A DNA stretch of 64,000 nt from assembly GCA_044222185.1 (NCBI GenBank), contig JBGANV010000002.1, positions 224,001-288,000 on the forward strand, in the 5' to 3' direction. Below the pieces are notes generated by a model. That model worked only from the letters and a program-made list of their open reading frames with translations, had not been told where the DNA came from and ran no database searches. Positions 39,182 to 48,683 of the stretch are shown here, piece after piece. This DNA is from Planctomycetota bacterium. GTDB lineage: Bacteria; Planctomycetota; GCA-002687715; CAIWVZ01. Position 1 is the first letter of the stretch; the number at the start of each line of letters is the position of its first letter. The position numbers and the translations under genes were made by a program.

Positions 39182-40312
39182 ATGAAACCTTTCACGCGTG
39201 AAGACCTGCAGAACCTCCTCGCCAAGCATGCACAGCCTTGCGTGTCGATCCTCCTGCCCATGCAGCGACACGCGCCTGCATCGCACGAAAACCAGATCCG
39301 CTTCAAGAAGGCCGTGAAGACGGTGGAGGCGGCGCTCGCGCAGAAGCCGGAATACAAGGCCGGGGCGCCGGAGATCCTCACGAAGCTCGCCACGCTCGAT
39401 CGGGACGAAACGTGGGCACAGAACCGTGACGCCCTGGCGGTCTACTGCAGCCCCGAGTTCCTCGCGTGGTGGACCTTCGCCGAGACGATGCCGGAGACGG
39501 TGGCCGTTTCCGATTCCTTCTTCACCAAGCCGTTGCTCAAGTACCTCCAGGGCGAGGTGCGCTACTACGTGCTCGCCCTGACGAAGGACAACGTCACGCT
39601 GTTCGAAGGCGGACGCGAGTCCCTCGATCCCGTGCACGTCCCAGGGATGCCCCGCGGGATGCGCGAACTCGAGAGCAAGGCACACGGTCAGGGCGTGGCC
39701 GTCCGCTCCACCTCGGGACATGGGACGGTGCACTTCGGGACCAGCGGCAGCGAGGACGACGGCAAGCAGGACCTCCGGGCCATGTTCCGCCTGGTCGATC
39801 GCGCGCTCCTACCGCTCACGCATGATCAACGTGTTCCGCTGATCCTGGCCACGTTCGATCACTATCACGGCCTCTTCCACGAGGTTTCGAAGAACCCGGC
39901 CCTCCTCGACGAACGCATCGAGGGCGACCCTGAGCGGATGTCGCGTGAACAGATTCGCGACCGCGCGCTCGCGATGCTGACCCCGCGCCGCACGGAAGCG
40001 CTGAAGGCCGTCGCCGAGGCCTACGGCGTGGCGGTCGCGAGGCATCGGGGGACGAACTACCTGCCCAACATCGCGAAGGCGGCCACGCAGGGTCGGGTCC
40101 AGACGATGCTGATCGAGGACGGACGCCACGTGCCGGGCCGACTCGATCGGGCAACGGGCGATGTGTCGTCGCCGCGAACGGCCGAGGACGCGAGCACCGA
40201 CCTCCTCGATGACGTGGCCGAGCTGGTGCTCGCCGCCGGCGGAAATGTCTACGTCCTGCCGAAGAGCCTGATGCCGACGGACGTCGGCGCCGCGGCGATC
40301 TACCGCTACTGA
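39182..40312 (+). CDS. Bacterial archaeo-eukaryotic release-factor-like protein (baeRF3/baeRF7 type; Balon-like)
   Basis: PCVSILLP...NQIRFK, FFTKPLL, YYVLAL, PLILA, AATQGRVQTMLI, DLLDDVAELVLAAGGNVYVL and C-terminal AAIYRY. No GGQ motif. Confidence 0.85.
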   Translation: MKPFTREDLQNLLAKHAQPCVSILLPMQRHAPASHENQIRFKKAVKTVEAALAQKPEYKAGAPEILTKLATLDRDETWAQNRDALAVYCSPEFLAWWTFAETMPETVAVSDSFFTKPLLKYLQGEVRYYVLALTKDNVTLFEGGRESLDPVHVPGMPRGMRELESKAHGQGVAVRSTSGHGTVHFGTSGSEDDGKQDLRAMFRLVDRALLPLTHDQRVPLILATFDHYHGLFHEVSKNPALLDERIEGDPERMSREQIRDRALAMLTPRRTEALKAVAEAYGVAVARHRGTNYLPNIAKAATQGRVQTMLIEDGRHVPGRLDRATGDVSSPRTAEDASTDLLDDVAELVLAAGGNVYVLPKSLMPTDVGAAAIYRY

Positions 40313-40319
40313 ACCGAGG

Positions 40320-40344
40320 CGTCCCGACGCGCGGGACTCTTTTG
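40320..40344 (+). terminator. Possible intrinsic terminator
   Basis: GTCCC-N7-GGGAC stem followed by TCTTTT just after the stop codon at 40312. Confidence 0.4.
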
Positions 40345-40560
40345 CGGATCACGACTTAGAGCTGAGTCGCCCCGACGGCTCGGGAGTCCGGGCGGCGATG
40401 CCGTCCCCCCCGGTGAGTCACGCCGCCGGGGCCGGGACGCCCCACGAGCCGGGGCTGACATTGCGCTTGGCGGGGAGGATATACTCCTCAGCTCACCATT
40501 CCCCCCGGGTTCACCCACTCCGCAAAACCCAGTTCCCACGTTTGAAGGAGCCACCTCTCC

Positions 40561-42678
40561 ATGAGGCTTCGCCTTCCCGTTCGCTCATTGGCAATCGCAA
40601 TGCTCTCGGCGTCCTTGATGTTCGCGCAGACCGGCACGGGGCCTGACGTCATCGTCGGCGATCTCACGGGCCCGCAGGCCTTCGGTGTTTCCGGCGGCAT
40701 CGCGGCCTACTCGGTCGGTACCGATTCCTGCAACAACGGCACGCAAGTCGTCCAATGGCAGGGCGGCAACAACCTGCACCCGGTCATCGGACAAAACCTC
40801 TACCGCCTGAAAGGCGGACATTTCGAGCAGATCGGCATGTCGTGGCTCAAACATGGGTTCACGGCTCTCGCCAACAGCCTCTGCTTCCCATGCCAGAACC
40901 CGGGCACGGGCGCGTTGCTGGGCGTCGGTTGCTCAGATCCGTATGGCTCGGGCCTCAACGGCACCCAGTCGAATCTGGGACCCCGCAGCGAGGTGAACGC
41001 CGCGACGGGCGTGTTCCTCTTCCCGTTCGGCGGTGCGGCCGGGTATGACGCGACGATCGGTCGGCGTCTCCAGGCGGCGGTCGTCGACGTCGATCCCACC
41101 CAGAACGCGGGCGCGGTCTACGCCTTCGAAGCCCAGTACGTCACGCAGGACGACGCGCTCGCCGGCAACAAGAACAACAACTGCTCCTACCGTCGGGCCA
41201 CCTTCAACAACAACGCGACGTTCAGCTCGAGCTTCGCGGCGTCGACCGTGCGCATGCAGTCCGCCCTGTACTTCTGGAAGGCGATCGACCCCGCGGTGAC
41301 GATCCAGAACGTGGACATCCCGGGCGATGGCCGGTTCGAAGTCGCGTACAAGGTCGCTCCGGCCGGCGCAGGCATCTATCACTACGAATTCACCGTCCAC
41401 AACCTCAGCTCGGACCTCTCGGGCCAGGCGTTCCAGGTGAACTTCGCGGCGCCGACGTCGATCACCAGCCCCTACTTCCACGACGTCAACTACCACTCGG
41501 GCGAGCCCTACGACGGGACCGACTGGTCGACGACCACGACGCCGACCTCGATCAAGTGGGAGACGGCTCTGTGGTGCGCGAACCCCAACGCCAACGCGCT
41601 CCGCTGGGGCACGTCGTACACGTTCGCGTTCAACGCCTCCTCGGCGACATTCAGCGGCTACACCATCACGCCGTTCAAGCCCACCGCATCGTGCCCGGCG
41701 CAGCCCACGATCCCGCAGGTCGGGTCGTACTCGGTCAACACGAACGCTCCGTACACGTTCACGGACATCTCGGCGACCGGCACCGCCGGCCCCGTCGGCG
41801 ACGACGTCTCCTCGACCGTGACGCTCGGCTTCACGTTCCCGTTCTTCGGTGGATCGCTGACCCAGGTCAAGGTCTCGACGAATGGTTACCTGTGCCAGAC
41901 GAGCTCGAGCGGCACCGTGTTCAACCCGACGACGTTCCCGAACACCTCGGAGCCGAACGGCATGATCGCCGGCCTTTGGGGTGACCTCCTCCCGAACTCG
42001 GCCGCGAACGGAACCGTTCGCTATTCGACGACCGGCTCGGCCCCGAATCGGCAGTTCATCGCTCAGTGGACCAACGTGGCTCACTTCTCGAACACGGCGC
42101 TTCGCGACACCTTCCAGGTGGTCCTGAAGGAGAACGGCGAGATCCTGAACACGATGGTGTCCACGAACAGCGGGTCCTCCGGATTCACGCGCGGCGTCGA
42201 GAACTCGACGGGAACCGCCGGCATCAGCTCGACCGGACCGTACACGGGTGGAACGACCTGGTCGTACAACTACTCGACGACGGTTCTTCCGTCGGCGGAC
42301 ACCTACGTCCTCGGCAGTGGCGCGCCAAACACGAACCTCACGGTTCGCATCGTCAGCACGGCTCGCCAGGCGCCGGTGATTCTCATCGCCGACACGAACC
42401 CGGGCCCGACGTCGCTCGGCGCTCTCGGCAACCTGCCGATCGGTTTCGTCAGCCCGCTGGTCCTCGCGGACGGCGCTGGCGTGTTCGCTCCCGCCGACCC
42501 GGCGGCTCGCACGAACTGCGAGTGCGGCGTGTTCGACTGGACGTTCAACACCGGACCGGCGGGACTCCCGCCGGGATTGACGGTCTACTTCGGCGCCGTC
42601 GTGATCTTCAACGGTTCCGGCCCCACGCCACCGAACGGTCAGTTCCACATCGCACAGCAGGGCGTGCTGAACACGTGA
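40561..42678 (+). CDS. Secreted multidomain protein (Cys-containing N-domain, nidogen/NIDO-like middle, C-terminal lineage-typical domain)
   Basis: AAGGAG RBS and signal peptide. GPDVIVGDL...HPVIGQNLYRL...GMSWLKHGF...LGVGCSDPY, then DDVSSTVTLGFTFPFFG...VSTNGYL...IAGLWGDL (NIDO-like). C-terminal GLPPGLTVYFGAV. Confidence 0.85.
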   Translation: MRLRLPVRSLAIAMLSASLMFAQTGTGPDVIVGDLTGPQAFGVSGGIAAYSVGTDSCNNGTQVVQWQGGNNLHPVIGQNLYRLKGGHFEQIGMSWLKHGFTALANSLCFPCQNPGTGALLGVGCSDPYGSGLNGTQSNLGPRSEVNAATGVFLFPFGGAAGYDATIGRRLQAAVVDVDPTQNAGAVYAFEAQYVTQDDALAGNKNNNCSYRRATFNNNATFSSSFAASTVRMQSALYFWKAIDPAVTIQNVDIPGDGRFEVAYKVAPAGAGIYHYEFTVHNLSSDLSGQAFQVNFAAPTSITSPYFHDVNYHSGEPYDGTDWSTTTTPTSIKWETALWCANPNANALRWGTSYTFAFNASSATFSGYTITPFKPTASCPAQPTIPQVGSYSVNTNAPYTFTDISATGTAGPVGDDVSSTVTLGFTFPFFGGSLTQVKVSTNGYLCQTSSSGTVFNPTTFPNTSEPNGMIAGLWGDLLPNSAANGTVRYSTTGSAPNRQFIAQWTNVAHFSNTALRDTFQVVLKENGEILNTMVSTNSGSSGFTRGVENSTGTAGISSTGPYTGGTTWSYNYSTTVLPSADTYVLGSGAPNTNLTVRIVSTARQAPVILIADTNPGPTSLGALGNLPIGFVSPLVLADGAGVFAPADPAARTNCECGVFDWTFNTGPAGLPPGLTVYFGAVVIFNGSGPTPPNGQFHIAQQGVLNT

Positions 42679-42853
42679 TCGTCGGGCAGCGGTCGCCGCG
42701 GCGAACGTGCGCCGCGCGACCGCAGCGATCGTGCGGATTCGCCGCCACGCGATGATCTCGTGCCGCGACGCCATCCGTAGCCGTTGAACCGCGCGAGACG
42801 CGCGGCGGTCCGGCCGGGCCCCGCCGAGACGACGGTGGCCCGGCGCTCCCGCG

Positions 42854-44758
42854 CTATGGAAGGCCGAGGAGTTTGTCGACCGTCTGCTGCGAGATCGGGT
42901 GATAGCCCGGCCGCGCCTTGGAGTAGATCCGTCGCGCCATCGCGAGCCCATCGGGCGTCTTCACCAACTCGGTGTAGAGCGGCTTGAGGAACTTCCGCCG
43001 GCCGATCGAGATCAGGAACTCTTCCAGACGAGGGTACGCGGCTTCGTAGCGCGCGCGAATCGCGCATTGCAGCCAGCTCGCGGCCACCTCGGCGTTTCCG
43101 CGGCTCGTGAACCCGAGCGCACGGTCGAGTTCGGCGAGGCGCGACGCGTCCAGAGTCTCCGGCAGCTTCTCGAGGAAATGCAGCCACTCGGCGGTATTCC
43201 AGGCTTTCGTGTCGAGCTCCGCCGCGGCGCGGCGGCCTGCGATGAAGTCGGCGGCGGCCGTCGCCGGCGCGGCGAAGACTCCCTCATCGAACGCCGGGAC
43301 GTTCGGCGGGAGCAGCTCGTCGTAGAGCCACTCTCGAACGCGGATCGATGCCATCGCGGCTGCATCACCGCCGAACAACCGCTCGGTGAGGAATCGCTCG
43401 AACTGAGGCGTCGTGACGGATTGGAACGCGTGCTCGTCGAACCAGCTTCGCAGGAACGCATCGAATCGCTCCCGCCCGACCGTCCGCTCGAGCATCGTGA
43501 GGAAGAGCGCGCCCTTCTCGTAGGCGACGTCCGTCATGCCGTCGTCAGGGTCGCGTCCCTCGAGGTCGATGTAGAGCCGCGTGTCCTTCGGCTGGCCTTT
43601 CAGTTCCTCGAACGTCGACTGCAAGCTGCTCTTGCCCAGGATCGACTCCTGCGTCGCCGTTCGCGTGCCATACACGCGCTCGACGATTCGACGTTCGAGG
43701 TAGACGGTGAACCCCTCGTTCAGCCAGAAGTCGCGCCACGTCGCGTTCGTCACCAGGTTGCCGGACCAGGAGTGAGCGAGCTCGTGCGCGATCACGTTGA
43801 CGAGCGAGCGGTCTCCGGCGAGCAACGTCGGCGTGGCGAACGTCATCATGGGGTTCTCCATGCCGCCGAACGGGAAACTCGGTGGAAGCACCAACACGTC
43901 GTACCGATGCCACCGATACGCGCCGAACATGCTCTCGACGGCCTCGAGCATCTTCTCGAGGTCGGCGAACTCGCTGGCGGCGCTCGCGACGACCTGGGGC
44001 TCGGACCAGACGCCCGTTCGATCGCCGATGGAGAGGAACTTCAAGTTCCCCGCAGCGACGGCAATGAGGTAGGGCGGGATCGGGATGGGCATGGCGAAGC
44101 GGAATACGCCCGGCTCGTCGGAGCGTGATCGGTTCTCGGCCGACATCACGACCGTCGTCCCGACCGGCACGCGAACGACCGCGTCATAGGTGATCCGAAG
44201 CCCCGGCGAGTCCTGACACGGGATGAAACTCCGCGCGTTGATCGCCTGTGCCTGGGAGAAGAGGTACGGCCCGGTCTTCGACGCCGTCTGTTCGGGTGCA
44301 AGCCACTGCAGTCCCGAGGCCCCGTCGCCCGTGCGGTAGCGGATGCGCACCGCCGTCGTCTCCGCCGTGACGTCCACGATCAACGGCGTCCCCAAGTTGG
44401 CGTCGACGGTGCCGAACCGGAACGCGACCGGCCGTGGCCCGGCGGGCAAGATCAACTCGGCGGCCTCGACCGCGAGCCCCCGCGTATCGAGGATCAATCG
44501 GCCCGCCTTCACGGGAGCCGAGAGCGTCAACGTCGCCGTCCCGGCGATCGCCTTGCGTTCGAAATCGATGGTCCAATCCAGGGACACGTGGCTCGTGCGC
44601 ACGTCCTGGGGCCGGGCGAACGTGTGCACGTCCGTGAACGGCTCCTGCTCAACCCTCGAGCTCATCGGCGACTCCTTCGGGACACTGCATGAGACCGCCA
44701 GGCCGAGGGCGAGAGCGGTCAGGAGGATGGATCGTGCGATATCGGTGCCTTGGATCAT
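42854..44758 (-). CDS. M1-family zinc aminopeptidase (leukotriene A4 hydrolase-like), probable lipoprotein
   Basis: GGMEN, HELAHSWSGN...WLNEGF, YEKG and an LTA4H-like C-terminus (IGRRKFLKPLY). Lipobox-like LAVSC near the inferred start at 44758. Confidence 0.93.
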   Translation of the reverse strand: MIQGTDIARSILLTALALGLAVSCSVPKESPMSSRVEQEPFTDVHTFARPQDVRTSHVSLDWTIDFERKAIAGTATLTLSAPVKAGRLILDTRGLAVEAAELILPAGPRPVAFRFGTVDANLGTPLIVDVTAETTAVRIRYRTGDGASGLQWLAPEQTASKTGPYLFSQAQAINARSFIPCQDSPGLRITYDAVVRVPVGTTVVMSAENRSRSDEPGVFRFAMPIPIPPYLIAVAAGNLKFLSIGDRTGVWSEPQVVASAASEFADLEKMLEAVESMFGAYRWHRYDVLVLPPSFPFGGMENPMMTFATPTLLAGDRSLVNVIAHELAHSWSGNLVTNATWRDFWLNEGFTVYLERRIVERVYGTRTATQESILGKSSLQSTFEELKGQPKDTRLYIDLEGRDPDDGMTDVAYEKGALFLTMLERTVGRERFDAFLRSWFDEHAFQSVTTPQFERFLTERLFGGDAAAMASIRVREWLYDELLPPNVPAFDEGVFAAPATAAADFIAGRRAAAELDTKAWNTAEWLHFLEKLPETLDASRLAELDRALGFTSRGNAEVAASWLQCAIRARYEAAYPRLEEFLISIGRRKFLKPLYTELVKTPDGLAMARRIYSKARPGYHPISQQTVDKLLGLP

Positions 44759-44860
44759 GGCGGGAATGCTACCCAAATGCGCTCGCAGGCCAGGCTGCCC
44801 CACGGTCGCTTTGCGCCTGTACAATGCCCGGCCCGCCCCGCGGAACCATCGCTCACCACC

Positions 44861-45328
44861 ATGCTGAACCCAGAGTTGTTCGGAGACCTCCATCGCACGC
44901 GAACGATGGTCCGCATCATCGGTGCAGCCATGGCACTGAGTGCCGGAGTGTTCGCATTCGTTGTCGACGCCGCGATCGCACACGCGACGCCGACCGCGCC
45001 GCCACCTCAGGACGACCTGCTCAAGAACCCATGGCTCGGCGTCTGCGTCGCTCTCGCGCTGATGGGAAACCTGGTCGGCGCGCGCGTGCACGCGATCCAC
45101 GGTTCGATGGCGTATCGAACGGAGAAGTCGGCGCGCATCGTTCTCGTCACGCTCGGCATGTGCGAGGCCGCCACGCTGATCGGGCTCGTGCACGTGATGC
45201 TGTCCGGGAGCTGGGACGTGAAGCTCGCGCCGATCATCGGGGCCGTCGCCTTCATCCTTGCGTTCCTCCGGAGCGAAGTCGTGTTTCGGCACCTCATCCG
45301 AAGCGATGTGGGCCCCGCGGAGCTTTGA
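44861..45328 (+). CDS. Small hypothetical membrane protein (~4 TM)
   Basis: Four hydrophobic segments. It ends 6 bp before the ECF sigma gene, suggesting co-transcription. Confidence 0.65.
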   Translation: MLNPELFGDLHRTRTMVRIIGAAMALSAGVFAFVVDAAIAHATPTAPPPQDDLLKNPWLGVCVALALMGNLVGARVHAIHGSMAYRTEKSARIVLVTLGMCEAATLIGLVHVMLSGSWDVKLAPIIGAVAFILAFLRSEVVFRHLIRSDVGPAEL

Positions 45329-45334
45329 CCCACC

Positions 45335-45904
45335 ATGCCATCCCGCCACCCTGACGTCGGGCGCGATGAAACGATCGCTCCCGGAGCCTCCGGAATGACG
45401 ACGAGCGCGGCGAAGTTCCTCCCGCTCATCTACGACACGCTCGCGAGCCTCGCGACGAACATGTTGAAGCAGCAACCGCCTGACTTCACACCGCGCCCCA
45501 CGGACCTCGTTCACCAGGCGTTGTTGAAGGTCTGCCAGGTCGGCGGTGTCGACTTCCAGAGTGACAAGCACCTCTACTGCGTTGCGGCCCGGGCGGTCAG
45601 ACAAGTGCTGATCGATCATGCGCGGCGCCGTCAGCGCCAGCGCGGAGTCCTCGCCATGCGCGTCGAGTTCGACCAGATCGACAACCTCGCCATGCGCCGC
45701 TCGGTGGACCTGCTCCAGTTCTCCGGGCTCCTGGACGAGCTGGCGCGCATCGATCCTCGTCGCGCCGACTCGGTCGAGCTCCGGTACTTCGGAGGCTTGC
45801 AGGTCGAGGAGATCGCCCGCCTTCAGGGCGTCTCCAAGTCGACCGTCGAGCGCAACCTGCGAGCCGGCGTCGCCTGGCTCAAGCTCGGTATGCGCGATGA
45901 CTGA
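45335..45904 (+). CDS. ECF sigma factor, TIGR02999/ECF43-like (kinase-associated)
   Basis: LPLIYDTLASLA...RPTDLVHQALLK...AARAVRQVLIDHARR and LDELARIDPRRADSVELRYFGGL. Confidence 0.92.
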   Translation: MPSRHPDVGRDETIAPGASGMTTSAAKFLPLIYDTLASLATNMLKQQPPDFTPRPTDLVHQALLKVCQVGGVDFQSDKHLYCVAARAVRQVLIDHARRRQRQRGVLAMRVEFDQIDNLAMRRSVDLLQFSGLLDELARIDPRRADSVELRYFGGLQVEEIARLQGVSKSTVERNLRAGVAWLKLGMRDD

Positions 45905-48626
45905 CCTGACGGGCGAGCCGGCGGACGCGGTCCGAGAGATCTCCGCGCCGAGTGCTGCCGACGCACGGGTCCAACGGGCGCTGAACATCTTCGACGCGGT
46001 CTGCGATTTCGGTGCCGCGGAACGTGAGGCTGCCATCGCCGACGCCTGCGGAACCGACGCCGGCCTGGAACGACTCGTCCGCGACCTGATCGAAAACGAC
46101 GCCGATCCGGCGGACCCGCTGGCAGCCCTCCGCGCGATCATGCCGACTCCCCCGCCCGAGGCGAGTCTGCTGAACGCGTTCCCGACCATACCGGGCTTCG
46201 TGATCCTGCGCCGCGTCGGTGTCGGTGGGATGGGCTGCGTGTACGAGGCGCGACAGTTCACTCCGCCGCGTCGCGTCGCCATCAAGACACTGCGGGCGGG
46301 GATGCTCACCGCCGACACGTTGCGACGGTTCCACCTGGAGGCGGCCGCGCTCGCACGCCTGGACCACCCCTCGATCGCACGACTGTTCGAGGTCGGCTCC
46401 GTCGAGATGGCCGAGGGGACCCAACCGTTCCTCGTCATGGAGATGGTCGACGGCCAGCCCCTCGGCACATGGCTGAGCGCGGCCGGACCCGACCGACGCG
46501 CTCGGCTCACTCTCTTCGGCTGCGTCTGTCAGGCGGTGCAGATCGCCCACAACAAGGGCTTCATCCACCGTGACATCAAGCCCAGCAACATCCTCGTGGA
46601 CGAGACCGGGGCGCCCCATCTCATCGACTTCGGCCTCGCCGTCGCGCTCACGCCGGATGCCCTCGGTCCGATCGGCGTGACGAACCACGCGCCGGCCCTC
46701 GGCTCGTTTCCCTATGCGAGTCCCGAGCAGGTCGAGGGCTCCGTCGACGCGGACACGAGGTCCGACGTGTACTCACTCGGCGTCGTGTTGTTCGAGATGC
46801 TCGTCGATCGCACGCCATTCGACCTCGGCGGACGCGGCCTCCTCGGCGCGCTCGAATTCATGCGGTCAGCGGAGGCTCCCAGGCTCGACGCCATCGATCC
46901 CACGTGCGACGCCGACCTCTGCGCCATCGCGCAGAAGGCGCTCGAGCGTCAACCGGGCGATCGCTATCAGTCACCGCTCGCTCTCGCGGAGGACGTCACG
47001 CGATACCTGGCGGGCGAACCCGTGCTCGCGCGACCGCCGGAGTGGCGCGACGCCCTGCAGAAGTACCTGCGGCGCAACCGCCGGCGCGTGGTCCGCGTCG
47101 CAGCCGCCGCCGTCGTCGCCGCGTTGGGCATCGTCGTCGTGATCGTGCTCGCCGTCATCGCGATCCAATCCCGTTCGGTGGAGGCGGCGCTCACGGCCGT
47201 GATGGGCAGCGAGGTCGATGAGCACCTCACCGACGCCATGTCGAGCGCCGACGAAGCCGTGCCCGCTCCCGAGCGAGCGCGGATCTACGCAGCCGAGATC
47301 AAACGGGTCGACGCATGCCTTGCGAGCGTGCCTCACCTCGGCGGATTCCGACGACGACGCGCGCGCCTGCTCAGCGAACTGGGGGCCGCACACCTCGAAT
47401 GCGGAAACACCATGGCGGCGAACGAGAACCAGATGGCGGCGCGGGTCGCCGTCCGGCAGATCCTCGCCGACCGTCCGCACGATCGTGCCATACAGCGGCT
47501 CGACGCCCTGATCACCATCCGCCTCGGCGACCTCCAGAAGGACGTGAACCCGCTGCTCGCCGAGCCCTTCTACCGCGAGGCGATGAACGTCCACCGATCC
47601 CTCCTCAGTGAAGCGCCCGGTGACGACGAGATTCGCGATGACCTTTCGTGGAGCTACGAGCGACTCGGTGACCTGGAGCTCACGGCGGGCGACCTCCGCG
47701 CCGTCGACGCGCTGTGGAGAGAACGCGAACGCCTGGTCGATGACCTCCTCGCTCGGCGTCCAAACGACGCGAACACGCTCCGAGCGAAGCACTACGCGTT
47801 GGCCGAGCGCGCCCACATCGACGAAGTCCTGTTCGATCTCGAGGCGGCGCGCGCGCACAGGTTGGAGAGCCTGGACTACGCCCGCGCCGCGCTCGCTGCC
47901 ATGCCGCGCAGCCCGTTATGTCGCATGGCGTACCAGGGCGCCGTCGCGGCGACGATCCAATCGTCCGACGACCGCAGCAAGGAGTCGACGGCGACGGTCC
48001 TGGCGCGGATGCACGACAACGTCGCATCCATCGCGGCCAACGCCGAACTCGACCCCGCGAACTACCGCCAGCGGGAGCGGTTGTGCAGCGCAATCCACGG
48101 ACTCGGGAATCTCCTCGACGAGCACGGCGAACGAGCGGCGGCAGCCTACTGGTTCGAGTACACCATCGCCTTCGGGGAGGCGATCGCGTCCCGGTTCCCA
48201 CAAGCGGTCGAGGCGAGCGCGTTGATCGACCAGTCCCACCACCAACTCGCGATCGGGCTTCGGAATCTCGGCCGGCGCGCCGAAGCCGACCTTCACGCAG
48301 CACTGGCGCGGGCATCACACGTGGGGCCCCGTCGCCCGGCCGATCCCCCATCGGCATGGCTCCTTTGCAGCGAGTGCCAGATGTCGACGGCCCCGTCGAA
48401 TCCGGGCCTCGCTCCGATCTTCGTCGATCAACTGCGCCGCGCCCGCCGGATCTATCCGCGGAACTACGCGCTCGCGCGGCAGCTCGCGGAGCTGCTCGAG
48501 TCCATTCACGACCTTCCCGCCGCGGCGGACGCGTGGCGCGATGCCATCGTCACCCTGCCCGACCGCCCCACCCCGCGCCGTGCCGAATACGAACGGCACC
48601 TGCGGCGATGCCTGGGTGAGCCCTAG
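45897..48626 (+). CDS. Hanks-type Ser/Thr protein kinase with TM segment and TPR-like C-terminus
   Basis: VGVGGMGCVY, VAIK, HRDIKPSN, DFGLA, YASPEQ, DVYSLG, a TM segment and TPR-like DLSWSYERLGDL. The start overlaps the ECF stop. Confidence 0.95.
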   Translation: MTDLTGEPADAVREISAPSAADARVQRALNIFDAVCDFGAAEREAAIADACGTDAGLERLVRDLIENDADPADPLAALRAIMPTPPPEASLLNAFPTIPGFVILRRVGVGGMGCVYEARQFTPPRRVAIKTLRAGMLTADTLRRFHLEAAALARLDHPSIARLFEVGSVEMAEGTQPFLVMEMVDGQPLGTWLSAAGPDRRARLTLFGCVCQAVQIAHNKGFIHRDIKPSNILVDETGAPHLIDFGLAVALTPDALGPIGVTNHAPALGSFPYASPEQVEGSVDADTRSDVYSLGVVLFEMLVDRTPFDLGGRGLLGALEFMRSAEAPRLDAIDPTCDADLCAIAQKALERQPGDRYQSPLALAEDVTRYLAGEPVLARPPEWRDALQKYLRRNRRRVVRVAAAAVVAALGIVVVIVLAVIAIQSRSVEAALTAVMGSEVDEHLTDAMSSADEAVPAPERARIYAAEIKRVDACLASVPHLGGFRRRRARLLSELGAAHLECGNTMAANENQMAARVAVRQILADRPHDRAIQRLDALITIRLGDLQKDVNPLLAEPFYREAMNVHRSLLSEAPGDDEIRDDLSWSYERLGDLELTAGDLRAVDALWRERERLVDDLLARRPNDANTLRAKHYALAERAHIDEVLFDLEAARAHRLESLDYARAALAAMPRSPLCRMAYQGAVAATIQSSDDRSKESTATVLARMHDNVASIAANAELDPANYRQRERLCSAIHGLGNLLDEHGERAAAAYWFEYTIAFGEAIASRFPQAVEASALIDQSHHQLAIGLRNLGRRAEADLHAALARASHVGPRRPADPPSAWLLCSECQMSTAPSNPGLAPIFVDQLRRARRIYPRNYALARQLAELLESIHDLPAAADAWRDAIVTLPDRPTPRRAEYERHLRRCLGEP

Positions 48627-48683
48627 GCCCGAGGACGTGGGCGGCCGCGAGCGCGACGCATCGCCCGGTCCAGCTGCGCGGCG

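Noticed and set aside
44759-46510. N-terminal ~580 aa of the 1218-aa ORF, suggesting a giant M1 peptidase fusion
   Set aside because: This stretch is antisense to three clear plus-strand genes. The peptidase begins at a lipoprotein-like signal near 44758.
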